Assembly (NCBI RefSeq): GCF_037042905.1
Contig: NC_087250.1
Location: 24,554,001-24,618,000, forward strand
DNA length: 64,000 nt
DNA from: Lytechinus pictus
Lineage: Eukaryota
Direction of reading: 5' to 3'
In this document: positions 11,051 to 23,749 of the stretch, one piece after another
Layout of the letters: every line of letters begins with the position of its first letter
How positions within the stretch are numbered: position 1 is the stretch's first letter
The notes under the pieces: generated by a model
What the model saw: the letters and a program-made list of their open reading frames with translations, nothing else
The model's database searches: none
Told to the model about the DNA's origin: nothing
Made by a program: the position numbers and the translations under genes

Positions 11051-11465
11051 GAGGCTGTTCTCACTACGTTCCTAAAACTAGTTTAGTGGAAACTAGTTTA
11101 ACGCGTAGTGAGAACGGTCGAAGAGGTCTTGGAAGCGATCTTCCAAACCAGTTTGGAAAACCAGCTCGCGATGTAGTTTTCAAGATCGCTTTGCCTCGTT
11201 AAGCTGGTTTTAGCGTAAGTGAGGACACAACCGTTCTTCGGGAAGCGATCTTCGCACATTTTGAGCGCGCTACTCCACACGACAGGTGTAGAATGCCTAT
11301 GCTGCGGTTTCGAATTTCGCTCGAAACGTGTCACCCACTGAGAGCGTTTCCATAGCAACAAGAGCGCTTTACGTGAAGTGATTTTGAAAACCACTTTCGT
11401 GTGATCAAGTGGGAACGCTAGCAAAGCGGTAAACTAGTTTTAGAAAGCGTAATGAGAACGGCCTC
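11051..11465. mobile_element. MITE
   Basis: TIRs gaggctgttctcactacgttcctaaaactagttt / aaactagttttagaaagcgtaatgagaacggcctc. Confidence 0.8.
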
Positions 11466-12794
11466 TATATACTAACTGTTGAACGTCACAAGGACAATCA
11501 TGCCATATGACGAGAGACGGAGAATTCCTCTCTGCAAGCAATTGATTTAACTCACTAATTAACTACCTCCTCGACATCGAACTTTTCTTCTGAACTGTCA
11601 TTGCGATGAACTGACACAACGGAAGTGACAGCATATACATAGCTGTAGGTCTCCCTCAAAGATGATGATTACGACAGTGACAATTAAACGAGATATGGAA
11701 ATAGACCAAGAAGAGAGACAGAAAGATGTACCGTCCAGACGGAAAAAAACAGATGGACGAATTAACAACAATCGCGAAACAACATCACCAACAACAAAGA
11801 CAACACATGGGGAATGTTTCATAAAAGGACTTGACGAACGTTTTATCCGACAAGCCCTGTTTTTCCGACAGTTACCATTGTAGCAGTGCTTCTCAGCCAA
11901 TCAAAATGAAGGAAATTTGTCAGATCTGACAACTTGTCGGACAATAATATTGATGAAACGCTCTCCAAATGGCACGATGGACATCGACAACGGTAGCGAC
12001 GACGACGACGATGAATAGACTGATGTAAACATGGACTTAACAGAGAGACTGCAAACAACTATTATGACTTCGACATGTTCAATAAACCTATAAAGCCAGG
12101 ATTGGATTAAACAGAAGAAAGACAATGACAGATTTATTGACTGTAAGACTGTGTTGAGACAGAGGACAATTTATATTTATATTTCTATTGATGTTTCATG
12201 CATGTCTGTTTAACATATTCCTTTTGCTTCTAAATTTAATTCTAATATTTGGGTGGCTCAGTGGCTCTGGTTTTAGTCAAACTGATTTTTGTACTCTTTT
12301 GTGAAAATGCGTGTACATGGTTTGATAGAAAACAAAAACATATGCTAAATTTATAATTTCACTTTACTTAGATATAACAAGTCGTATGAATTGATATCTT
12401 TTCCAGAATTTTATTAATTGACTTTTGTTATCATATTAGTATAAGAATGTAAAGCTGATAAATGAACCTATGTATATCCGTATGAATTAATTCTGTTGGT
12501 CTCATAGTTCATTTACAACTGGTTTTAGTATTGCTGATTTTTCATCTCATATATATAAGTGTTATAGTTAATGCGAAATTATCAAAAATATTCAGAGGGA
12601 ATATAAATCGAAATGTTGAATGGATGACAAGTGAGAAAAGCGTGAACTCCAATATGGAGAAGGTTTGAATGCATTGATAAAAATAATGCTAACATGCATA
12701 GCTTGAGATAATCATCTGATATGATTTATCTGTTTATGTTTCATTTGAATGACAATTCAGGAAAAAATACATTATGGTATTATCATAGTAGAGA

Positions 12795-12960
12795 GCGAAG
12801 TTGGCTCACTCGGTAAAGTGTCTGCCCGTCCAAAGATCTTGGGTTCGAGTCCAACCCCGGGCAGATGGCTGAAGCCAGTTTTGGTTAAAGAGTACACCGA
12901 TGTAATAGTAGGAACAATGGTCACTGGTGGCAGATAAAACTACCAAGCCTTTTTGGAAGG
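12795..12960 (+). mobile_element. tRNA-derived SINE-like sequence
   Basis: A-box-like tggctcactcgg and B-box ggttcgagtcc; no complete cloverleaf. Confidence 0.5.
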
Positions 12961-13061
12961 ATATCGTTTCCTTATAATTACGCTAATCGCAAGTTTTATG
13001 TGATTGATTATATGTGGCAGTTGGGTTAATAATTGATATGATGTTTAACAAATGTTCTTAC

Positions 13062-13096
13062 CTCTTGTAGACTTTACCTCATCCAATGAAGACAAC
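13062..13096 (-). CDS. 35-bp micro-exon linking the ankyrin and ZU5 regions
   Basis: ttgcag|GTTGTCTTCATTGGATGAGGTAAAGTCTACAAGAG|gtaag; phases 2 and 1 fit both neighbours. Confidence 0.7.
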
Positions 13097-13540
13097 CTGC
13101 AAGTAATCACAAACCACAACCACTCTGTATATACTTTTTTTTATTAGTGTATGCCAGCTTTCCTCATTTGTAATTTTGTTGTAAGGTAGGATGAATGTAA
13201 TCACACGTAAAGGATTTCACCGCAAAATGAAATGAACAAAATAAATGTGTATATCTCATGTGTTTCGAATGTGAAATAAAATGAAAAGTGATTTTTTCTT
13301 CTTATTTACACAACGACATATTCATTTGCACCCTATATGGTGCGGTGTGCACTTCCACCAAAAGAATACAATTCTGCTCCGACTAACTTCACATTAATAA
13401 TTCAGAAATCATCGACAATCATGAGGGTTGGTAATTTCAACCCTACCCTTTTCTTAGTTTGTGAACAACGTGGTCATTATTTTGTCCATAAAACGTTTTC
13501 ATGTAACGCCGTGTGATATAACAAAGGTTGAAACAATCAC

Positions 13541-13698
13541 CTTGACAATATCATCTGCCTGACTAGTTCATCCTTGGCATAGTGGATCGGTAGGTTGCCT
13601 GTCTCGTCCTTTACATCTAGCTTGGCACCATTCTCAATGAGATAAAACACCAACGATTCATTTGGAGATAACCTGCCATTGTAGTATTCGTGGGATAT
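13541..13698 (-). CDS. Terminal ankyrin exon
   Basis: ISHEYYNG...YLIENGAKLDVKDETGNLPIHYAKDELVRQMILS; canonical splice sites. Confidence 0.85.
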
Positions 13699-14211
13699 CT
13701 GAAACAGAGAACAGCTAACTTTCATAACACTTGAAAAGCACTTGCACAACCTGCTTTACATGGGAATTTTTTGTTTTAAAAATCAAATGATTACACTAGC
13801 CAATACGAATTAATTTGCAATATCCCCTACAATCACACAATCGGTTAGCTACATGAATATATTATAATAAGGTTAATATTCTGGGTCGTACGTCTAGACG
13901 CCCGTCGTTGTAATAAAATTAGAAAATGTGTCAAAGCATTTAATTTGTTCCATGGACATACATTTATTAACGATAACAAAGGGAGACTTTTCAGCAGAAT
14001 TATCTATCATTCTATGAGAATTTAATTCAAAGCTACATGGTGAGTTATCTCCTTTGATATCTGGATTTACGACTTATATTTTGATAGATGGATGCCCGAA
14101 ATCATTATGCTACTACGTATTCCAATCATTTATGATGTCTCCCAGAGCACTCATGAGTCCTATGAATATTGCTAACAACTACAGGAAACTCTTCCCCTTT
14201 AAATGGATCAC

Positions 14212-14394
14212 CTTTTTAAGTGTATCTGTGTTTTGAACTGTCATGTTGTTCCTGTGGCATAATTCGATGGCTTTATGAAGACAGGTCTGGCCGTCAGACG
14301 ACTGCGCATTGAGGTCACATCCACTGGATATCAACTTTTCGATGATAGCTGTATGGCCATGTATTATAGCAAGATGGATAGGTGTTGAATTGTC
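14212..14394 (-). CDS. Ankyrin exon
   Basis: DNSTPIHLAIIHGHTAIIEKLISSGCDLNAQSSDGQTCLHKA...; phase 0-0, canonical sites. Confidence 0.87.
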
Positions 14395-14823
14395 CTGGGT
14401 TGAAAGACATATAATCTCCGTATCAAGCAAAATATGTATAGATATATTTTTTAATTCTCGGGAAATACTTTTCACATCTTACTCCCTAAAGCCGCGACAT
14501 TGGATAGGCTTTAACATTGCGTTGAATGTGGATTTACAGTGCTCCTATTTTCAGTTTCCATGGCTCTTCTGATAATTTTAGGGGCTAAATAATCGTTCTG
14601 AGCCCCTGTGTAATTTGTATCTGCTACTTATCAAAATTAACATCTCTGTTTCAATGATATGGTGGATAAGCAATAATCTCCAAAATAATTGTAATGATTT
14701 GTACTGTACTTAAAAAATAGCGCCGTCCTTCGGTTATCGAATATGTACATTACAAATAGTCCTAAAATAAAACCGACAATTAAAGGAAATTAATGTACAG
14801 TTCATTCCAAGAAAATTACATAC

Positions 14824-17325
14824 CTTGGTATTAAACTTGTCTCGTCCTGCCTTATTCAGATCAGCTCCCTCACTGATCAGAAACTCGGTGGCATCAAGAT
14901 GACCATGAATAGCCGCAATGTGTAATGCAGTCGAACCAATATGATCTCCTTTATTCACCTCAGCTCCTTCGCCAATCAGGTATTTAGTAATATCAATATG
15001 ACCACTCTGTACAGCGGTGTGTAATACAGTCCGCCCATCATTATCTCCTGTATTCACCTCAGCTCCTTTACTAATCAGATATTTAGTGATGTCAAGATGA
15101 CCACTCTGTACAGCATTGTGTATTAGAGTCCAACCATCTTCTCTTTCTGTGCTTCCTTCGTTTCCTTGACCAATGAAGTAAGTAATGACATCAAGATGGC
15201 CCTTCTCTGCAGCAGTGTGACATACAATATCTACGTCAGCGCCTTTACTGATCAGATATTTGGCGATGTCATAGTGAAGACTTCTAGTAGCAATGTGTAA
15301 TGCAGTCAAGCCCCAATTATCTCTCTTATTCGCCTCAGCTCCTTTACTAATGCGGTATTTAAGGATGTCAAGATGGCCACCATCAGCAACAATGTGTAGT
15401 GCAGTCCAACCATCATTATCTTTTTGATTAACATCTGCATCATGACTGATCAGATATTTTATGAGGTCAGTATGACCGTTCCCAGTAGCACTGTGTAATG
15501 CAGTCCGGCCATTTTTATCCTTCTTGTTGACCTCAGCTCCTTGGTTGATAAGATATTTGATGACGCTTATATCGCCATTCTCGGCACTAGAGTCAATAGC
15601 ACTGTGTAATGCAGTCCTACCATCATTATCCTCCATTCTGACCTCAGCTCTTTGACTGATCAGATATTTTGTGAGGTCAGTATGACCGTTCCAAGTAGCA
15701 CTGTGTAATGCAGTCCTGCCATTGTTATCCTTCTTGTTGATCTCAGCTCCTTGTTTGATAAGATATTTGGTGACGCTAATATGACCATTGTTGGCAGCAA
15801 TGTGTAATGCAGTCGAACCACAATTATCTTTCTTATTCACCTCAACTCCATGCCCAATCGAGTATTCAGTTTTATCAAGATGACCATTCTGCTCAGCGCT
15901 GTATAATAGAGCCTCGCCATCTTCTGTTGTTGTGTTCACTTCAGCTTCTTCAGTAATGACGTCAATTAGACATTTTAAGGCATCTAGATGTCCATTTTTA
16001 GCTACAAAGTGTAGTGCTGTCCAGCCACCATTGTCTCTTTTATTCACCTCAGCTCCTTGACGAATCAGATATTCAGTGATACGAAGTTGACCATTTTCTA
16101 CAGCACTGTGTAATAGAGTCCAACCATCTTCTCTTGCTGAGTTCACTTTGGTTCCTTTACTAATGAAGTAACCAATGACATCAAGATGGCCCTTCTCTGC
16201 AGCAGTGTGACATACAGTATCAACTTCGGCTCCTTTTTTGATCAGATAGATGATTCCGTCGGTTTTTCTTGATCCCCAAAACAAACTTCGATATGAACGA
16301 TACGAACGATATGAACGATATGAAAGATATGAACGATATGAACGATTTGGCATGTATGTTTGATAGCGGAATACAGCACTGTGTAATGCAGTCATACCAT
16401 TTTTATCCTCCTTATTAACATCAGCTCCTTGGTCGATCAGATACTCGATGACATCAATGTGTTGATCAACCCGCTCATACATGTCAAAAAAGGATGCTCT
16501 ATCACCATGATTTATACTTACAGCACTGTGTAATGCAGTCTCCCCATTTTTATCTTCCTTATTGACCTCAGCTTCTTTACTGATCAGATATTTGGTGATG
16601 TGAAAATGGCCATTCCAAGCGGCAATGTGCAATGCAGTCCTACCATCATTATTCTCCTTATTGACCACAGCTCCTTGACTGATCAGATATTGTACTACGT
16701 CAATATGATCATTCTTACATGTAGCAGCATTGTGTAATGCAGTACAACCACCTTTATTCTCCTTATTGACTTCAGCTCCTTGACTGATCAGATGTATGGC
16801 GACGTAAAAATGGCCTTTCATAGCAGCCTTGTGTAATGCAGTCTCCCCATTTTTATCCTTCTTATTGACCTCAGCTCCTTGACTGATCAGATATACGGTG
16901 ATGTCAATATGACCATTCCAAGCAGCATTGTGTAATGCAGTACTACCATCGTTATTCTGCTTATTGACCTCAGTGCCCTGGCTGATTAGATATTTAGTGA
17001 TGTCAGTATGGCCATACTCAGCAGCAATGGAAAATGCAGTGCCACCAGCTTTATCCTTTTTATTGACCTCAGCTCCTTCACTGATTAGATATTCGGTGAC
17101 GCCAATATGGCCATTCCTTGCAGCATTGTGTAATGCAGTCTTACCATCATTATTCTCCCTATTGACCTCGGCTCCTTTACTGATTAGATATTCGGTGATG
17201 TTAAAATGGCCATTCCCTGCAGCCTTGTGTAATGCAGTCCTACCACAATCATCTCCTTTATTTAACTTCTCTCCCCGACTGATTTGATATTTGACATCTT
17301 CAAGAAAATTATTCGCTGCTGCATC
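14824..17325 (-). CDS. Large exon with more than 20 tandem ankyrin repeats
   Basis: Repeated G.TALH.AA.NGH.DITKYLISQGAEVN. The frame stays open 504 nt upstream of the tracked ATG (16821); donor aag|GTATGT at 14823. Confidence 0.93.
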
Positions 17326-20300
17326 TTATAATCCATGTCTGTTTCCCATTTTGATTTAAATGAGTTGTGTTTTTTTTTTTTAACTATAACTTTAACTACT
17401 TGAGAATTCCCTCACAAGCAGCATTATTTAGCTCCAATTTTGATCCATTTGCCCATATGTATTTCATCGTTTCTCAAATCCTGACTATAGCTCGATAAAA
17501 GATATCAGAAAGTTACAATCACAGGCCACAGAGTGATGTCTATATTCATCCTTTCAGCGTACCTATTTGAAATGATCTTATCTCGTTTCGATTGAATATC
17601 ATCATATCGTGTACGCGGCAAAATGTTTATCAAATTATTACCGGTAATGAAATAGCAGTAGTTCCCTAAGATTTGAACTTTGGACTCATGTATGTAGCAC
17701 ATATGAATTCTTTACTTCGTGGATTTTTTTTTAGACCATTGTTAATCTCATTCCCATTTTGTATAATTTAAAGCAGAAACCGGTCAGAAAAGCAACGACG
17801 CCAAATAAATTGACCTGCAGAAGACGGCGTTAAAATTCGATGACCAAATAACAATGGAGCATTTGTGCAATGTTTGACCAACGTTGCGATTTTTTTCTTC
17901 AGAACCTAGCCACGTTGGAGCATCGTACTCGCAAGCATCGTCAGTCCAACAATGCTGAAAGTACTAATAAAACTTTGCGGGCATCAAAGTCTGGCAACGC
18001 AAGTCCAAGGTTGGCTGTAACATGTGAAATGTCAAGTATAACGTCCCCGAAACGTCTCTAAGATGCGCATACATCGTCATTCCGGCGATGTGAACATTAG
18101 TAGTTCGACGTTTTTACAGCATTGCTCCGACGATGCTACAGCGTTTCTTCGACGTTGTCTGGCTAGATATTTTTCCTTCAACGTCATATCGGCGTTTGAA
18201 AAGACGATAATTGGTTTTAAGGTGAATGTACCCTACCCCGTATTGAAATTTCCCAAGAATCCTACTTTTTTACATCTAGATCTATGTACTGAAATATGCC
18301 ATTGACTTATTTATAATCCTGTACCATAGGTATAGTTAGGAGTGCATGCCAATATATGATATAGTTTTTAATATTTCTTCGCATTCTGATGTAGAAAATA
18401 CCATCTAACATTACATGGTTGGAGACGGCATGGTAATCGAGCTACGTATTTTTGCAGTAATTCTTAGTGAGTAGTTGAATTATTGCGTAAACATAAATAT
18501 GTTAATTATTATATCAATATTTCCTCAGAATGTGTTCATTGCATGTGTCAAGATCCAGTTATACAAATGTTTGCCCAACGTTGGTTCAACGTTACGAACA
18601 TTGCAGTATCAACATTACGTGTTTTTTTTTTTACATCAACCATGGTAGGGTCCATGCATCAACCAAGCAACTGGTATACCAGATTCCTACATTATATCAT
18701 CGTCAGGTGTCCATCAACTTCCCAACCTAACAGTTTTGAACATTGTCAACAACGTATATCCGCAACGGTTGTCCAAATTAAACCAGTATCCAACGTTGTA
18801 CACTCAATCATGACAAGGTCAGCTTTTCTAATCAACGTCGTATTATCGTGGCTTTTCAAACAGCCCTCCTACGTGTCGAACATAATATATGTTTCCAACG
18901 TTGATCTATCATTGAAACAAGCGTTGTCTTCAACGTCCAATGAGCTTTGTGTTTGCAATATTGATTCGACTTTGCGTGGCTTTCTAACCGGTAGATAATA
19001 AAATATAAAAACAATCCTTGAAACAAAAAATAATGGTCGGGGTTTTGATTTTGGGTATACGAAACATTAAAAGGAACTAAACGAGACTATGCCTTGATCA
19101 CGAGATATTTTTTATTATCTATTGTTCCATTTTATAGTTTTATTGAGCTATATAGTGTTGATAGAATCAATATAAATGAGAATATAAAGCTTAGAATATC
19201 ATATAAAACTTTCGTTAATTGCTACTCAACCTAAAACTGACAGCATTGTTAACTGACTTTAACGATCGAAGAAACCATAAAAAATCTGCAAACATGAATA
19301 TAAACTTCATAGATATAATCCTCGTCACAGTTACTTTTATGATATTAGTCCGTATACAGCTTTATTACATTTCACATAAATTTCACAAAGGCAAAGAATA
19401 TAAACTTTAACGTGATACACATCGGGATATATACATTGTTACAATATTTTTTAATGTTGGTTAAACTCAATAGGTAGAAACCAAAAAGAAAAGTCACTCT
19501 TTTGGATTGCCAAACCTCAAATAAAAGTATACAATATATGAGTTTATGTTAATCTTCAGAGACTATTGTTACATAAAGACAGTCAATCTTGAATTCAGGT
19601 GGACCCGTAGTTGAGATTATTTAAAGTTCTTAAAAAATGCTTCAAGTCTTGACATTTCTATTTGGCATGTTTGGTGTGTTTTTTTTATGAGAGTACAGTC
19701 CAAGATGACACGTTTTTAAGTGCATGATCAAGCCATTTGATCTCAAGCAGCATATTGTTCAAAGTAAAAAAAAATTGAAAGCGGAAATATTAATACCACT
19801 ATTAATAATTTAACGATTCAGCAGTGTCGGAGCAGTTCCAGGTTTGAGGGGGCAAATTCTTGAAGGAGGTCTTGGGCGAGGGCGCAAAGCTGTGCCCCCC
19901 CCCCCCGGATCCACCAATGTTAAGATATCTTAGCTTAAGGACGTTCCACAGTTATGTTTGTGCGCATCATGATCTGCGCATATTTTACACTCCTGCGCGC
20001 TGACGTCACAATGGATGAACTGATGCACGAATGTGTGGAAGCTACGAATCCCCCCCACAATCTTAATTAAACAATTAGTAGCGTTCTTTCACCAACAGGA
20101 GGAGGATATTCAATATTTTCATCCACATTTTCCCCAATAGACCACTGAAAGATTGTTTAATTAAAATCGTAGGGGGGGGGGGCTTGATGCCGGTGCAGTG
20201 CTAACTAAAAACTGATGTATTAAGGATCAGGTGCGGATCCAGGATTTTCCAAAAGGGGGCACATTTTCTTGAGGAAAATTTGAAAAGCAAAAAAAAGGGA

Positions 20301-20860
20301 GGCCTTCACTTTCAAAAGGGAGACACACTTGTGTTTAAACGTCCGTTTTACATTACACATTTTAATTGTGCCTTTCAAGGGGGGCACTGGCCGGCTGTGC
20401 CCCCCCCCCCCCCCCGATCCACCAATGTTAGGATATCTTAGCTTAAGGCATCTCATAATGCCTCAATGAATAATGCGAACGCGCAAAGCCGAGCTCAAAT
20501 TTTTGGACATTTCATTTATTCGCACCTGAAAATTTGACTTTGTGAGCGTTTCTTTATGTAATCATGAACGATATGGGTATATTATAACTATATTAAACAA
20601 TAATGCAAGCTTTAAACGCAAGCAGAAGTTTATGCTGGCATGACAAGGAACTGTTAAAGACAGTATCCAGTGATTCAATGAGAAGATGCGAATCTCGCCA
20701 ATAAAAAATATAAACGCGAACTGATTTTTTTTATATTCATTTTTTTTTAAGTCTTGAACCTCCGTATCTCGCTAAAAGAAAAAAATATGAAAACTCGACT
20801 CATCAGCAGAAAAAATTGTGCACATTGAATTGAGAATGGGATATCAAAAGCCCCATGAAT

Positions 20861-22520
20861 ACCATGGTCACATTTGCTCTACGGCGGCCGTAGATACCTG
20901 AATTCGAGATGTTTCTGCGGCAGCCGCAGGGTCGACGTACGGCGGATTCCTATTATTTACAGGCCGTAGGGGTGGCCGTAGAAAAATAGCGCGGAGTTAT
21001 ACAATTTTTTTCATTTCTACGCCCGCCGTAGAAATTAGACTAGCCGTAGCAATGGCGTAGAACGGTGCACGGTCACCGTACGTCGAGCGTACGGTGGCCG
21101 TGCAGCTGCCCTGGTGTCTATATTACAACTATATTTTGCAGCCCTCAAAATTATTGCACCTTCAGTGGAGTGGGTTTGTAGGATTTTCTCTTACTCAGTA
21201 ATCTAGATTGTATACAGAGGTGGGCGCTAATGCAGTTTCGCTCTGATTGGTCAAAAAGACGGCTGTATTTCAGCTTTGAACTCGATGTCGTTGTTCGAAT
21301 CCTCGGACATATATCACTTCGCGGATCGCTTGGATTCGCCGTGCGCCGTAATATTGATATGGACTGAAGTTATGCGACCAAAAGATTCGCCTGCAGCATG
21401 CTGGCAGTTTGTTCGCCACATGTTCGCATGATTTGGTTGCTAACTTCAGTCCATATCAACATTACGGCGCACGGCGAATCCAAGCGATCCGCGAAGTGAT
21501 GTCTGAGGATTCGAACAACGACATCGAGATCAAAGCTGAAATACAGCCGTTCCCGATCGCGATATTTGGAAAAGAGGTGGGTATATTGACCTCGAAATTT
21601 ATTTTTGCTTGAGCCCAAATTATTTTTATATCATGATAATGCTAAATATGTATGCTTTGAAATGATATATGTTTCAAAATAAGAATTGGTTTAATCGGGT
21701 CAAGATCACACTTTTCATTTGCCAAGTACATAAAGCAGCTTGAAAACAAGAATACTGCACTCTGATTGGTCAAAAAGACCACACAATGGCAAATTCCAAC
21801 GGTTCCAGTGCCTGGGTTCGTGGGAAGTAAACACTTCCCTTGTGGTAATCTCCTCAAATACCCCGCGCCTGTTGTTCTTTGAACCTTATCCAGCCAATCA
21901 GAACTCTGGATTTCATGCAAGTATAAATTTCAGAAATCTCGTCTTGTACCTTGGTGGGAAAAGTGTGATCTTGACCCGATTAAAAGGTGCCGCATATCAA
22001 GAGTGGCATTGTGAGAAAGTACAGATGTTCAGCTTTATGGTGATATAGATATAATTGAGGCTCAAAATAAAAAGTTTTGCACAATTTGCAAAAGAAAACA
22101 GAGGAAGAAAATTCAGTTTTTAGGCACATTTTCAGGCCAGAAATTTACTTATTTAACAAAATATTGTATACAAAGTAAATGACCAATATGAAAGAGTAAC
22201 TTTTACTCTATCTGATCGTGTAATAATATTTCATTTAACTTGAGGTTAAAACAGGTAAATTCTTAGAGAAAGAAAATCTCACGAATCACGAGATTTTGCA
22301 AGGAGGAGGATTCAGCCACGAGATGATTTGGATGAATCTGGCCTTTTTGCTCATTAGCATAGGGACCTGCGGTCTGACTGGATTGCAGCCCGTATAGTTG
22401 AGGAGCAGCGGCAGGCCCGACAGCAGAGAAGATGTTGCGACGTGTCACGCTCGGCCACTGCGACAACCTGATGCAGGAGCTGATCATGCGTGAATCAAGG
22501 GGTGATTTTAAAAACTTTTT
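20861..22520 (+). mobile_element. Rearranged PIF/Harbinger-like remnant
   Basis: Begins ccatggtcacatttg followed by (ct)acggc/gccgtag repeats. 22381-22520 encodes fragments IAARIVEEQRQARQQRR and NLMQELIMRESRGDFKNFF, resembling a Harbinger transposase N-terminus. Confidence 0.45.
21600..22380 (-). mobile_element. Diverged partial copy of the 5774-6857 transposon family
   Basis: The reverse complement of 22255-22380 (cagtcagaccgcaggtccctatgctaatgagc...) aligns by eye to 5774-5900, and similarity continues inward. Confidence 0.8.
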
Positions 22521-23550
22521 TCAGCCATAAAGTAGGTTTCATCGTCATGTGGTTCTTGGATATTATACGATACCAGTTGAACAGTAACATGCAGCTTATA
22601 TAGCTATATTGCTTTTATTCCTCTAAATTGGGGTTTATGGATATTTCCGAAATATATCTTATACAAAAAAACGTCATTTATCCATAGGGGCTATACGGTA
22701 TACAATGTAGTGTACATAATGCACTGCATATATCCATGCATTGACCACCACGACATATGACAAGGCCTGCATATAAGTGTCATAGAAATGAGCTCCTACG
22801 GTTTAGAATTAGATTGTGATTTGTGAATTTGATTGTTTGTCAGCTAATGTACATGATGAAACCAGCAACGTAAATTGCACATAAATATCACATATATATC
22901 AGATACGTACATCACATTTAAAGCCATATCTTCTTCATTTGGAGGCTCTTTTTAAGCTGGTTGTGGTGTCTAACTGGCCTATGTTTATGGGGTCAGGTAA
23001 CTATCATGGTAACGCTGATCAATAGCCAAGCAGAATTAAGGATTCCATGCAAGTTACCATTAAGTTAAGCTAACATAATGGTAAATGTTCATGCAACAGG
23101 GCCCAGAATAGCTACAGTGTAAATGCCATGATGTGGGGTTAATTACCTCTCTCCGCCCCCTGAATTAGCATATTTGACAAAACATGTCCTCAATTTCTGA
23201 GACAAAACATATCTTTAGTTTCTGAGGCATCTAATTCAAAACCTGAGAGCTCATTTCTATAACGCTATATTAAAGTTTATACAGGCCTTTTTATGTTATC
23301 TGTCATGGTGGCCAATGCATTTATGCAGTGCAGTATGTACGGTAAATTGTATACTGTATAGCCCCAATGGATAATTGAAATTTTTTTTATTTAATAAGAT
23401 ATATTTCACAAATAACCGTAAAATCCAAAGTAGAGGAATAAAAGCAACATAGCTATATGAAGCTGCTTGCCATCGTTGACCTCGTACCATCTAATATCCA
23501 AGAACCCCAGGACGATAAAACCTAAATTTTGACTGAACAAAGGCTATCAA
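22510..23550. mobile_element. Element with ~300-bp diverged inverted arms and a nested small MITE (~22974-23107)
   Basis: ggttcttggatatta...tatagctatattgcttttattcctcta vs tagaggaataaaagcaacatagctatat...taatatccaagaacc. Confidence 0.7.
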
Positions 23551-23749
23551 ATTGGAAGCTTTAGGTATAATTACCTTTTAACTCTACAGATAATGGTTTA
23601 CAAGTACTAATTACAGGAAAAACAAATTGCCTGCTCCAAAAAACATATGAACAGACACCAGAACGAATGAAAAAGACCGCCAAATAAAGAGGTTGTGGCC
23701 AAAACTGTGATTTGGGGGGGGGGGGGGTTTGGCGGCCATTTTGTAATTT

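Larger units (their letters stand above)
5693..17350 (-). pseudogene. Ankyrin-repeat/ZU5/UPA gene, 5' portion, disrupted
   Basis: Phase-compatible GT-AG exons 14824-17325+, 14212-14394, 13541-13698, 13062-13096, 10210-10551 and 5693-7028. In-frame TAA at 17326-17328 and a transposon inside the last visible exon. Confidence 0.75.

Noticed and set aside
16928..17287. 119-aa plus-strand ORF
   Set aside because: Antisense shadow of the ankyrin repeats.
18483..18998. 171-aa ORF
   Set aside because: TTG start, no domain, lies in a caacgttg-rich repeat-like stretch.
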